A stretch of 63,763 bases of DNA, filler included, from Octopus bimaculoides (Eukaryota), in NCBI RefSeq assembly GCF_001194135.2. It is 7 parts of 4 records of this genome, joined end to end, with 100 filler letters (N's around TTAATTAATTAA, not from the genome) between each part and the next. Parts side by side here need not be neighbours in the genome. Positions count along the whole stretch, not along the records: positions 20,245 to 38,750 come from NC_068989.1; positions 38,851 to 50,768 come from NC_068982.1; positions 50,869 to 58,206 come from NC_069002.1; 4 more parts are not named here. One strand, 5' to 3'. The position numbers and the translations under genes were made by a program. How positions within the stretch are numbered: position 1 is the first letter of the stretch; every line of letters begins with the position of its first letter. The notes below the pieces were generated by a model. It was not told where the DNA came from, searched no databases, and saw only the letters and a program-made list of their open reading frames with translations. Of this stretch, positions 38,260 to 51,006 are shown one piece after another.

Positions 38260-38569
38260 TCTGGTGTAGTTGTCTTTATTATCGATAGTCGTCACAATGG
38301 CAGCGCTGTAGTCAGCTGGTTTATCTTCAGTGTGATCATGCTGACTTTCACTGTAGTTTATACTCGGAATTGTAAAGTTTCAGATTCTACAGAAAGTAGT
38401 ACTGCAATGTCTGTGCATGCGCACACACGCGCATACAGACGCAGCCGCATATGCGCATATACTCACAACATTCATATGTGCGCTTATATGAACATTAGGA
38501 TGTAAGTACTGGTGATTATAAGAAAGAGTCTATATAAACAGTTAACTGTCTGTAGTTCTGTAGTTCTGG

Positions 38570-38712
38570 CAAGAAACTTGCTTCCTAGCCACATGGTATC
38601 AGGTTCAGTTTGACTGCGGGGTTCCGTAGGCATGTGTCTTCTACTATAGTTACGGACCGAACAAAGTCCTGTGTGTGGATTTTCTAGATGGAAACTGAAA
38701 GCCCGTCATATA
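38570..38712 (+). mobile_element. Group-A SINE 5' half, diverged
   Basis: CTTGCTTCCTAGCCACATGG...GTGTCTTCTACTATAG...GGAAACTGAAAGCCCGTC. Confidence 0.78.
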
Positions 38713-39320
38713 TATGCATATTCATATATATATATATATATATATATATANNNNNNNNNNNNNNNNNNNNNNNNNNNNNNNNNNNNNNNNNNNNTTAATT
38801 AATTAANNNNNNNNNNNNNNNNNNNNNNNNNNNNNNNNNNNNNNNNNNNNTGTGTGTGTGTGTGTGTGTGTGTGTTCTTTTCTTTTTGATGTTATACACT
38901 AAGTTGACCATTCTGTTTTCAGAAAACAAAAACAAGATATATCTAAATAACAATTTACTAACTAGGTATTTATTCACACAAACATATATATAGAAATAGA
39001 GAGAGAAAGAGAAAGAAAAAGAGAAAGAAACAGAGACAGAGATAGAGGGAGAGGGTGAGAGAGAGAAATACAGGTATATCAAATACCATATAACATAAAT
39101 TCGTGATATATGAAAATTACTTTTGCCTCTAGAAGATGTGTCAGAATTAGGAAATTGCAGTTGAGACCATTTACAATATGAGAAGGCTTACTAGCAGTCA
39201 TCATGATATATATACGAGCATATATAAATATAAACACGTGTGTGTGTGGGCGCGTATGTATGTATATGTATGTATGCATGCATGTATTCATGTATGTATG
39301 TATGTATGTATATGTATGGA

Positions 39321-39536
39321 CGAGGTGGTGCTGAAAAGTTCCTAGCTTTGGGTAAAAGAAAAAACAGGAGGATCAGTTGATTATGATTTTATTCAACGTA
39401 TTCCCCTCTCAGATTCACATACTTATTGCAGCGGTCCTTCAGCTTTTCTAAACCCTGTAAAATAATTGGGAAGGTTGGGCCTCCAGCCAGGCCTGTCGCA
39501 ATACCCTTAAAACCAGGAACTTTTCAGCACCCCTCG
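39321..39536. mobile_element. 216-bp mariner-derived MITE
   Basis: ~28-bp TIRs CGAGG(T)GGTGCTGAAAAGTTCCT(A/G)G(C/T)TTT; right flank TA, left flank GA. Confidence 0.85.
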
Positions 39537-39576
39537 TATATATGTATGTATGTATGTATGTATAGATGGATGGATG

Positions 39577-39634
<58 letters not shown>

Positions 39635-41080
39635 GTTGTTAATAACAAAATTATTCGAATATATGATATATGTATATGTACGTTCGCGCGCCTGCATATG
39701 AGTTTANNNNNNNNNNNNNNNNNNNNNNNNNNNNNNNNNNNNNNNNNNNNNNNNNNNNNNNNNNNNNNNNNNNNNNNNNNNNNNNNNNNNNNNNNNNNNN
39801 NNNNNNNNNNNNNNNNNNNNNNNNNNNNNNNNNNNNNNNNNNNNNNNNNNNNNNNNNNNNNNNNNNNNNNNNNNNNNNNNNNNNNNNNNNNNNNNNNNNN
39901 NNNNNNNNNNNNNNNNNNNNNNNNNNNNNNNNNNNNNNNNNNNNNNNNNNNNNNNNNNNNNNNNNNNNNNNNNNNNNNNNNNNNNNNNNNNNNNNNNNNN
40001 NNNNNNNNNNNNNNNNNNNNNNNNNNNNNNNNNNNNNNNNNNNNNNNNNNNNNNNNNNNNNNNNNNNNNNNNNNNNNNNNNNNNNNNNNNNNNNNNNNNN
40101 NNNNNNNNNNNNNNNNNNNNNNNNNNNNNNNNNNNNNNNNNNNNNNNNNNNNNNNNNNNNNNNNNNNNNNNNNNNNNNNNNNNNNNNNNNNNNNNNNNNN
40201 NNNNNNNNNNNNNNNNNNNNNNNNNNNNNNNNNNNNNNNNNNNNNNNNNNNNNNNNNNNNNNNNNNNNNNNNNNNNNNNNNNNNNNNNNNNNNNNNNNNN
40301 NNNNNNNNNNNNNNNNNNNNNNNNNNNNNNNNNNNNNNNNNNNNNNNNNNNNNNNNNNNNNNNNNNNNNNNNNNNNNNNNNNNNNNNNNNNNNNNNNNNN
40401 NNNNNNNNNNNNNNNNNNNNNNNNNNNNNNNNNNNNNNNNNNNNNNNNNNNNNNNNNNNNNNNNNNNNNNNNNNNNNNNNNNNNNNNNNNNNNNNNNNNN
40501 NNNNNNNNNNNNNNNNNNNNNNNNNNNNNNNNNNNNNNNNNNNNNNNNNNNNNNNNNNNNNNNNNNNNNNNNNNNNNNNNNNNNNNNNNNNNNNNNNNNN
40601 NNNNNNNNNNNNNNNNNNNNNATATATAAATTGCCTTTAATTATATACAGAGACGCACACATACATGCTTATACCCACACGCGCAAACACACACACACAC
40701 AAGTACATACATATATCCGCTGTGTATATATGTCACGTGAAACCAAGGATTAGTTCCTCTCCCAGATTCCTAAGCTTAGACAATATTTTATTTTTTATAG
40801 CAGAATACAAATACAAACCAAGTCTCCCCGTCTCTGCACCAGTTATGTTGTCCAAGAGAAAGAGTGAAGCTAACAGACATGAATCCAAGTGTTGTGTCAG
40901 GCCTTATCGTCAGAAGGCAAGCAGCAGGAATAGATACCACAAGCTATCTTTGTCCAACACTAATTGTTCCGCCAATACACCGCACTGGGCAGACAGTGTG
41001 TACGTGTTTATATAAACTTATATATACATAGATATATATATATATATATCTTCATGTAAGACTATGTCTGTACATATGTG

Positions 41081-41176
<96 letters not shown>

Positions 41177-41814
41177 CGTACATACATGTGTGTGTGTGCA
41201 CAGCTACACACACAAACACACACACATATATAACCATTTATTTATCTATATTCTCTTATTTTACATTTATCCCACATATTTAGCTCTACGTTTGTTCATC
41301 TTTCTTCGTGCCTATCTATGTTATCTACACGCATACCAACATATATGCATGTAAGAATGTATAAGCTTGTATGTATACATGTATGTATACATGTATGTAA
41401 TGCATGTATGTAATGCATGTATGTAATGCATGTATGTAATATATTATGTTATGAATGTGTGTATACACACGCACACACATACACACACAAACACTCGACA
41501 AATGCTGTCGTTTCGTTTTCCGTCACTCTCTCTCTCACTCTCTCTCTCTCTCTCTCCCTCTCTCTCTCTCCCTCTCTCTCTCTCTCTCTTCCCTCTCTCT
41601 CTCTGACATCAAAACCATATCTCAAACAGAAGCCGTCAATTTCCATAAAAGCATTTTATTCAGTGACGACAATTGATGTGATTTTGAAAACCTTTTAAGA
41701 TAAACCTAAACGACCCGAGTTCGTTTCGTGTCTTTGTTGGTTACATTGCTTTTCTTTTTGTTTTATCTTTGTTGTTTTTCCTTTTTTTTTTTTCGTGTTT
41801 CGTCTAACTTCATC

Positions 41815-42445
41815 TACTTTTGTAAATAAATAATCTTGCCTAAGGCTTTCATAGTGATGATGTGTTTACGAAGTGTTTGTTTTCTGTTGGAGGAAGTTGT
41901 CGTCGTCGTCATCGCTGTTATTGCTGGTTTTGCCTTCGCTGCTGCTGCTTCTGTTGTTGTTATTGTTGTTTTTGTTGTAGTTGCAGTTCTTGTTTGTGTT
42001 ATTGTTGCCGACGTCATCGTTTTAGTTGTCTTTATTGTTGTTCGTGTTCTCATCGTCGAGATGTTATTTTCGTTGTTGACGATGATTGTGATGACAATGA
42101 TAATGATGGTGGTGGTTGCGTGTGTTGGTGAAAATGACGATGATGATGATGACGACGACGACGGCGATAATGGTAGCGACGACAGCACCAACGGGGAAGA
42201 TAAGGAGGAGGAGAGTAATGATGATGATAATGGCAAAGTTGATAATGATGATTATGATATTGATAATGATGATGTTAGTGGTCGCCGCCGCCGCCGCGGT
42301 GCTGGTGGTGCCGGTGGGGCTGGTTTTTCTACTCTGTCGTGTGTTCATTTTATTTCTACCATTGTTATTGTTGTTGTCAGTATCGATGTTGTGATTGTTG
42401 TTGTTGTTGTTCTTCTTCTTATTATTCTTCTTCTTCTTCTTCTTC

Positions 42446-42485
<40 letters not shown>

Positions 42486-42634
42486 CATTATTATTATTAT
42501 TATTATTATTATTCTCCTTCTTCTTCTTCTTCTTCTTCTTNNNNNNNNNNNNNNNNNNNNNNNNNNNNNNNNNNNNNNNNNNNNNNNNNNNNNNNNNNNN
42601 NNNNNNNNNNNNNNNNNNNNNNNNNNNNNNNNNN

Positions 42635-42686
<52 letters not shown>

Positions 42687-43298
42687 TCCTTCTTCTTCTT
42701 CTTCTTCTTCTTCTTCTTCTTCTTCTTGTTACTACTGTTCATCCATTAATGCTGACGTTTTCGTCCCTGCTGGTGTTATTGAAACTGTTAATGCTATTGC
42801 TGCTACTGTTGTTGTTGTTGTTGTTGTTATTGTTGCTGCTGCTGCTGCTATAATTGTTGTAATAGCATCTCCTCCTTACCTCCTCTTCTTTACTTTCTAA
42901 TTCTTGTGACTTTTGCTTTGTTGTTGTTGTTGCAGCTGTTAACACTCCTGTAATTACTGCTTCATTTGTTCTTAAATACGCATTATTATTGCTGCTGCTG
43001 CTGCTGCTGCTGCTGTTGTTGTTGTTATTGTTGTTGGTGATGGTGGTGGTGGTGTTACTGTTATTGTTAATGTTGTCGTCGTCGTCATCATCATCATCAT
43101 CATCATCATATCATCATCATCATCTTCATCATCATCATCAATATAATTATCTTCTCTTCCTCCTCCGCCTTCTCCTTATTTCTTTTTCTTCTTTTCTTTC
43201 TTTGTCATCATCTTCATTATTAGTTTTTTTTTTAGTGTACCCTGCATTTGATGCCCCTGTGGCTAATATAAGAAACCGTTATTATTATTAATGGTGTT

Positions 43299-43331
<33 letters not shown>

Positions 43332-43690
43332 ACAATTAAAACTATCTTTTATCTGTGATCACTTTATTTTTAATTGCTTCAAGCTACACTATCATCCGCT
43401 TCATTTCTCCTTTCTTTCTCTTCAATCATCGCCATCATCACCATCATCATCATCATCATCATCACCATCACCAATCGTCATTACATCACAACCATCGACA
43501 TCACAGCTATCACCCTCATCACTACCATCATTATTATCACTCTTATCATCATCCCACCTTTACCATCCATCATCATTATCATTAATAACAATAATAATAA
43601 TTGTAACAATAACAACAACAACAGCAACATTTTGCCTTCTTAATTTCGCTTCCTTTCTAATCAACGTAATCTTCTTCAATTCTCTTCTCT
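41815..43690. repeat. 1.9-kb compound trinucleotide field (GTT, GAT, CTT, ATT, GCT, CAT)
   Basis: Successive homo-triplet runs, one N gap. Confidence 0.9.
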
Positions 43691-43952
43691 GACGAAATGC
43701 TGGATTACTTATTAAGTTAAGCGTCTAATTCTTGCAACTACAAAGAAGATGGATACGTACACACGTATACTGATATGCGTATGCGTATGTTTGTGTGTGT
43801 GTGCGGTCGCGCGCGCGTGTACGTGAGCGTGTGGATAGATGAATAGATAGACAGACAAACAGACAGACAGACAGACAGTCGGATAGATAGATAGATAGAT
43901 ACGCGCAATTTATTTATGTATACATACATACACACGTACACACACACACACA

Positions 43953-43995
<43 letters not shown>

Positions 43996-44039
43996 GTATA
44001 TATATNNNNNNNNNNNNNNNNNNNNNNNNNNNNNNNNAT

Positions 44040-44370
44040 AATACAGAATGGGACAAGAACGCAAAACATCCAGACAGTTAGGTGATACAAGAAAGGGACA
44101 AAACATACAGATAGACGATACAAAGAAAACACGGACATGTCATTCGGAGTTTTCTCTCTTCAGTCGAGATCCAGATTATCTTTGCGATTTCGGCTGGTTA
44201 TTCTCGATATTGTTCCAATCTGGCCAGCCCCAAGGAAAAACTAAAGTAAGAGCATTAGATTCCTCGGAAGAAAGCAGCGAATGTATTCAAAAACAAGGAC
44301 GGGAAAAAACGAACAATGTTACACAAATACAGTAGGAATAATAACGGGACATAACAACAGATGCCTTTCG
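44040..44370 (-). mobile_element. Possible Penelope-type terminal-repeat fragment
   Basis: Pyrimidine-rich on - strand with a partial hammerhead-like motif (44131-44166); assignment by resemblance only. Confidence 0.3.
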
Positions 44371-44411
44371 ACTGGACACATAAAATTAAGCTGGCGTATA
44401 TGAAAATAAGG

Positions 44412-44500
44412 ACTGGCGTGGCTGTGTGGTAAGAAGCTTGCTTCCAAACCACATGGTTCCGGGTCCAATCCCACTGCGTGACACCTTCGCAGACTTTCAC
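44412..44500 (+). mobile_element. Group-A SINE head
   Basis: GGCGTGGCTGTGTGGTAAGAAGCTTGCTTCCAAACCACATGGTTCCGGGTCCAATCCCACTGCG. Confidence 0.85.
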
Positions 44501-44791
44501 CTATCGCGTGGGGTTTAGGAACGTAACACTCTTGATAGTTGAGGGATTATTGTACTTTAAAAACGTCGTAAGTGATGGATCCTTGATGAAATTGCAATGA
44601 CTAGGATGCATAATTGCATACAGAGCAGTGTGTAGTTGCTGCAATTGAAACATATGTCGGTCATATGCTGTAGAAAACTCTTTTAATAAAAAGTTATGGA
44701 TGTGAATAAATTTCCACTTTTCTCTTCGTTTCCAATGATAGATATAGATATATACATGCATACATACACACACACACACACACATACATAC

Positions 44792-45117
44792 ATGTCGGTT
44801 GCGACGACGAGGGTTCCAGTTAATCCGATCAACGGAACAGCCTGCTCGTGAAATTAACATGCAAGTGGCTGAGCACTCCACAGACACGTGTACCCTTATC
44901 GTAGTTCTCGGGGAGATTCAGCGTGACACAGTGTGACAAGGCTGGCCCTTTGAAATATAGATACAACAGAAACAGGAAGAAGGAGTGAGAGAAAGTTATG
45001 GTGAAAGCCTACAGCAGGGTTCGCCACTATCCCCTGCCGGAGCCTTGTGGAGCTTTAGGTGTTTCAGCTCAATAAACATTCACAACGCCCGTTCTAGGAA
45101 TCGAAACCGCGATCCTA
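44792..45117 (-). mobile_element. Group-C SINE, head runs into the gap
   Basis: B box TAGGATCGCGGTTTCGATTCCTAG on - strand; body matches 19410-19704. Confidence 0.88.
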
Positions 45118-45760
45118 NNNNNNNNNNNNNNNNNNNNNNNNNNNNNNNNNNNNNNNNNNNNNNNNNNNNNNNNNNNNNNNNNNNNNNNNNNNNNNNNNNN
45201 NNNNNNNNNNNNNNNNNNNNNNNNNNNNNNNNNNNNNNNNNNNNNNNNNNNNNNNNNNNNNNNNNNNNNNNNNNNNNNNNNNNNNNNNNNNNNNNNNNNN
45301 NNNNNNNNNNNNNNNNNNNNNNNNNNNNNNNNNNNNNNNNNNNNNNNNNNNNNNNNNNNNNNNNNNNNNNNNNNNNNNNNNNNNNNNNNNNNNNNNNNNN
45401 NNNNNNNNNNNNNNNNNNNNNNNNNNNNNNNNNNNNNNNNNNNNNNNNNNNNNNNNNNNNNNNNNNNNNNNNNNNNNNNNNNNNNNNNNNNNNNNNNNNN
45501 NNNNNNNNNNNNNNNNNNNNNNNNNNNNNNNNNNNNNNNNNNNNNNNNNNNNNNNNNNNNNNNNNNNNNNNNAAAGAGAGAGAGAGAGCCGAGGGATGGA
45601 GAAAAGAAAAAGAAGCAGTGAGAGTAAAGAGAGCGATGAAAGAATGCATAAGGAGATCTGAATACTGCCTGTATCATGCAATTTAAATTGGGAATGCTCT
45701 GTATAAGTATGTCTATCTGACTGTATGTATGTATGTATGTATGTATGTATGTATGTATGT

Positions 45761-46970
45761 CATTATTCAATTTTATTTCAAGGTTTCTTGCCAACAGAGA
45801 AAGAGCCGGTTTCTAACCTAGATCAAAGGCTCCTTTATTGGAACTTCAGCATCAACAACATGGTGTTTTTGTATGTATGTATGTATGAATGTATGTATGT
45901 ATGTATGTATGCATGTATGTATGTATATACGCATGTATATATGTACGTACGTATGTATATGTACAGATTTGTATATCTTGTTTTATGCATGTATTTTTAT
46001 GCATATAGTTGCATATCTAGACATGCTCATATATATTTAAATGATAAACTTCTGGAAAGCTTTACAGATTTTTACAGTTCCAGTGATGGATTGGATCTGT
46101 AATCTTCGAATTAGCTTTCTCCTGTCTGATTTTGAGAAGCCTAATTTCTCAAGGTTTGTGTTTAGGCAATGTGTTACATATCCCAGGGTCCCAATAATTA
46201 CAGATGTAAACCTGAACTTGTAATCTGGGTAGAGTATCTGCAGATTTCTCAATAGTTCAGCATAGGTATTCTCTTTTTCACTGATCTTTATGTTAATATC
46301 CGCTGGGAAGCTAATTTCCATAACTGTACAGTTTCTCGTCTCTTTCCCGAGTCATTCATTATATCAGGTCTGTTATGCTTACATTTTCACTGGGATTTGA
46401 TGGCTGTTTTAATTTCAGGTTCTACCAATATTCTTTTGACCCATCAGTCTCAATATCATCAACTTCGTTTGTGGATATTCTCTTTTTTGTTATCCTGTTC
46501 CAGACCGTTCTGGCCACTGTATCATGCTTCATGGGAAGATGATATTCATGGGAAGAAGATATATTCATGAGAAGAAGATATTCATTGGAAGAAGACATTC
46601 TCTCACAGTTAGCAATAAGGTGATTAATATCTTCAGTCTCGGTCTTGCACGCCCTACACTTGTCGTCTGTCAACGCCTTTTGCCTTTTATGCTGTAGGTA
46701 CTTGGTGGGGATCTCCTTTTTTTTGCATGGATGTAACCTTCAAAATGGGATGTCATAAACTTGTCGGTATTCCATGCCCCAAGTTGTTGATACTATCGAT
46801 CCCTTTTATGGCTTTTGTTTTATGTGCCAAGTACCCATGTACTATCTTCTCAGCAAACTGGTTCATTCTTTTTCTTGTTCTGATTAGTAGATCTTACCAA
46901 TGCTCCTTGGAGAGATCTGTATCAGTTCTTATTTCATACCTCTCCTCAAGTTCGTTAGCAATCCTAATTA
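45761..46970 (-). mobile_element. RLE-type LINE 3' fragment of a distinct lineage, flanked by (CATA)n
   Basis: HGYL, QKKEIPTKYLQHKR, DDKCRACKTETEDINHLIANC...LPMKHDTVA (CCHC knuckle plus RHD-like), EISFPADINI, SVIIGTLGYV, IQSITGTVKICKAFQKFII*; 3' UTR ends at (CATA)n 45723-45760. Confidence 0.88.
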
Positions 46971-47513
46971 TGCATGTATGTTTGTATATATGTGTGCATA
47001 TATGTATGTATCTATATATGTGTGTATGTATTATGTGTATGTATCCATGCGAATTCGATAAGATAAATACTAGTTGAGAACTGGGATCGATGTAATCGAC
47101 TAACCTCCTCCTTCTCAAACAATTTCAGACTTTGTGCTTATTTTTGGAAAGGCATCGGGACCGAATTGCTAGGGGCTAGAATGGCCTTTGAGCATTTCTT
47201 TAATATGAAACGCTATGGTGGTGTTGTCAGAACTAAAGCGCATATGCACATACAAGAAGACAAAAGCCGTTTTAACTGGATCCGAATGGCAGAGGCATGA
47301 CATGGCAACAAAGCAACAACACTGTCTTTATCGAGCCCAAAAGAATGCGTGTCACTCTGTTCCAAGCATGTGAGGGTCTTACAACAACACCGGAGAAAGT
47401 GATGGGTTGAAGACATAGATATGTGTGTGTGTGTGTGTGTGTGTATGTGTGCGTGTGTGTGTGTATGTGTATGTAAGTGTGTGTGCATATAAGTGTGTGT
47501 ATGTTTGTGTATG

Positions 47514-47547
<34 letters not shown>

Positions 47548-47567
47548 CATATATATGTATATGTATA

Positions 47568-47615
<48 letters not shown>

Positions 47616-49494
47616 NNNNNNNNNNNNNNNNNNNNNNNNNNNNNNNNNNNNNNNNNNNNNNNNNNNNNNNNNNNNNNNNNNNNNNNNNNNNNNNNNNNNN
47701 NNNNNNNNNNNNNNNNNNNNNNNNNNNNNNNNNNNNNNNNNNNNNNNNNNNNNNNNNNNNNNNNNNNNNNNNNNNNNNNNNNNNNNNNNNNNNNNNNNNN
47801 NNNNNNNNNNNNNNNNNNNNNNNNNNNNNNNNNNNNNNNNNNNNNNNNNNNNNNNNNNNNNNNNNNNNNNNNNNNNNNNNNNNNNNNNNNNNNNNNNNNN
47901 NNNNNNNNNNNNNNNNNNNNNNNNNNNNNNNNNNNNNNNNNNNNNNNNNNNNNNNNNNNNNNNNNNNNNNNNNNNNNNNNNNNNNNNNNNNNNNNNNNNN
48001 NNNNNNNNNNNNNNNNNNNNNNNNNNNNNNNNNNNNNNNNNNNNNNNNNNNNNNNNNNNNNNNNNNNNNNNNNNNNNNNNNNNNNNNNNNNNNNNNNNNN
48101 NNNNNNNNNNNNNNNNNNNNNNNNNNNNNNNNNNNNNNNNNNNNNNNNNNNNNNNNNNNNNNNNNNNNNNNNNNNNNNNNNNNNNNNNNNNNNNNNNNNN
48201 NNNNNNNNNNNNNNNNNNNNNNNNNNNNNNNNNNNNNNNNNNNNNNNNNNNNNNNNNNNNNNNNNNNNNNNNNNNNNNNNNNNNNNNNNNNNNNNNNNNN
48301 NNNNNNNNNNNNNNNNNNNNNNNNNNNNNNNNNNNNNNNNNNNNNNNNNNNNNNNNNNNNNNNNNNNNNNNNNNNNNNNNNNNNNNNNNNNNNNNNNNNN
48401 NNNNNNNNNNNNNNNNNNNNNNNNNNNNNNNNNNNNNNNNNNNNNNNNNNNNNNNNNNNNNNNNNNNNNNNNNNNNNNNNNNNNNNNNNNNNNNNNNNNN
48501 NNNNNNNNNNNNNNNNNNNNNNNNNNNNNNNNNNNNNNNNNNNNNNNNNNNNNNNNNNNNNNNNNNNNNNNNNNNNNNNNNNNNNNTATATATATATATA
48601 TATATATATCCATATATACATATCTACATACATACATATATATGTAATTACGTATGTATGAATGGATGGATAAAGAACTATAAAGCATTTTATATTTCTA
48701 TATCGTAGACGTGAACATCATCGACAAATAATTCTTTTTTTTTAAATGTAGAAACTAAGCGATGTCACGAGTAATTAGAACCTACTTCCCTTGGTAAGCG
48801 TTTTAAGCTATAAATATAAGAATGAAGAATGGTAGAAAATGAGGATCTTATAGCTACCTGAAATAATGTATCGCCAGTATTTTAGCATTCGTATTATTTC
48901 CTATATATGTGTATGTGTGTGTGTGTGTATGTGTGTGTGTGTGTAGGTTTCCCCTCACCCTGAGCGAATAAATCTTTTGCTTTTATGTATGTATCTATGT
49001 ATGTATGTGTTATGTTCCTCTGTGTTTAGCCGCGCATACAATCGCATATGTGTGAACATGCATTATATATTCCAATTTATTTCTCTATTCGTGTCTTCAC
49101 GCTTATATGTGATTTATGAAATATTGCAGCTCAATGCATAAACTGTACAAATCTAATGCACAGATATTTTAGAAATGCGGTTGAATATTTATTCCCTTAA
49201 GGGAAGAAAAAACACGTTGAACGCATTACAGCTTTTAACAAAAGACACACAAATGAGGAATTAGGTACATATATTAATATAGAATTGAACACATGCACCT
49301 TGCACATATGCACATATATATTGTTTAATATATACATAATATATATATGCATGCATATATGTATATATACATGCATCTATCTATATATTTATTCATATAT
49401 ATATATCTCTATATATATATACATTGATATATGTATATATACATAGGGTGTATTGATGTATATGTGTGTGTTAATGTATGTGTACATATATTTA

Positions 49495-49525
<31 letters not shown>

Positions 49526-49995
49526 NNNNNNNNNNNNNNNNNNNNNNNNNNNNNNNNNNNNNNNNNNNNNNNNNNNNNNNNNNNNNNNNNNNNNNNNNNN
49601 NNNNNNNNNNNNNNNNNNNNNNNNNNNNNNNNNNNNNNNNNNNNNNNNNNNNNNNNNNNNNNNNNNNNNNNNNNNNNNNNNNNNNNNNNNNNNNNNNNNN
49701 NNNNNNNNNNNNNNNNNNNNNNNNNNNNNNNNNNNNNNNNNNNNNNNNNNNNNNNNNNNNNNNNNNNNNNNNNNNNNNNNNNNNNNNNNNNNNNNNNNNN
49801 NNNNNNNNNNNNNNNNNNNNNNNNNNNNNNNNNNNNNNNNNNNNNNNNNNNNNNNNNNNNNNNNNNNNNNNNNNNNNNNNNNNNNNNNNNNNNNNNNNNN
49901 NNNNNNNNNNNNNNNNNNNNNNNNNNNNNNNNNNNNNNNNNNNNNNNNNNNNNNNNNNNNNNNNNNNNNNNNNNNNNNNNNNNNNNNNNNNNNNN

Positions 49996-50029
<34 letters not shown>

Positions 50030-50317
50030 AGTGGTACAACAAAGCGCCAGTAATTACTGGAAATAGTAGATGATAATATCCTGTATTTATACTTTAACCT
50101 CATTGTGCTTTGTTTTACTGGGAATCAATACTACTGCATTGCACTATTTAACAATTTTTTCATATGTATATATATAGTTATGTTATATTCCGTTAGAAAC
50201 GTGGTAGAGAGCAGTATAAAGCTCGTCCACCTTCAGAATTACCCAGTACTATCGGTAGTATTATTATATACGTCCAAGTTTAAGTTTGGGCATTCGACGT
50301 GTGTGAATGTAAAATAG

Positions 50318-50642
50318 AAGAAATTGAAGTCAGGAAGAAGGAGTATTGTTGGACATTTATTTATTATTCGCTAAAACTGTTTCGATGCAAGGTAGTTGTC
50401 TAAGAATACAGGTGTTTGATTTTGCAACTGTTTGTTTGCATAATGAAATCTAGCTGGGCTTCCTCAGGCGATATACGGAGACAACACTCGTATAACGCGT
50501 GAGGAAACACAACTAGATTTAATTATGCAAACAAATAGTTGTATAATCAAATACCTTTATTCTTGGAGAACTACATTGCGTCGAAACAACTGTAGCGAAT
50601 AAGAAATGAATGTTCAGCCGTACTTCTTGACTCCAATTTCTT
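50318..50642. repeat. ~325-bp imperfect foldback palindrome
   Basis: AAGAAATTGAAGTCAGGAAG...CCTCA-G-GCG-A-TATACG-[11-nt loop]-CGTATA-A-CGC-G-TGAGG...CTTCTTGACTCCAATTTCTT; arms alignable end to end. Confidence 0.88.
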
Positions 50643-50645
50643 GAC

Positions 50646-50692
<47 letters not shown>

Positions 50693-50716
50693 CGTGTGTG
50701 TGTGTGTGTATGTATG

Positions 50717-50768
<52 letters not shown>

Positions 50769-51006
50769 NNNNNNNNNNNNNNNNNNNNNNNNNNNNNNNN
50801 NNNNNNNNNNNNTTAATTAATTAANNNNNNNNNNNNNNNNNNNNNNNNNNNNNNNNNNNNNNNNNNNNGGGAGGTTCTCTATTTTAGTCTGGTTTCTATC
50901 TTCCAGTAGATGGTATAAGTCCTTTACTTTTAATATGGCTTCATATATATATATATATATATATATTGGCCGAACAGTCGTTATTTTAGCGAGGTACATC
51001 TTATTA

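Noticed and set aside
41836-42900. 354-aa hydrophobic ORF resembling a membrane protein
   Set aside because: Composed of homo-triplet runs plus Ns; the frame stays open because GTT/GAT/CTT/ATT repeats lack stops.
44131-44166. Hammerhead-like CTGAAGA-GAG(AAAA)CTC-C-GAAT-GACATGTC on - strand
   Set aside because: Position 15.1 is U rather than A, there is no A15.1-U16.1 pair, and no stem I could be formed. At most a degenerate relic.
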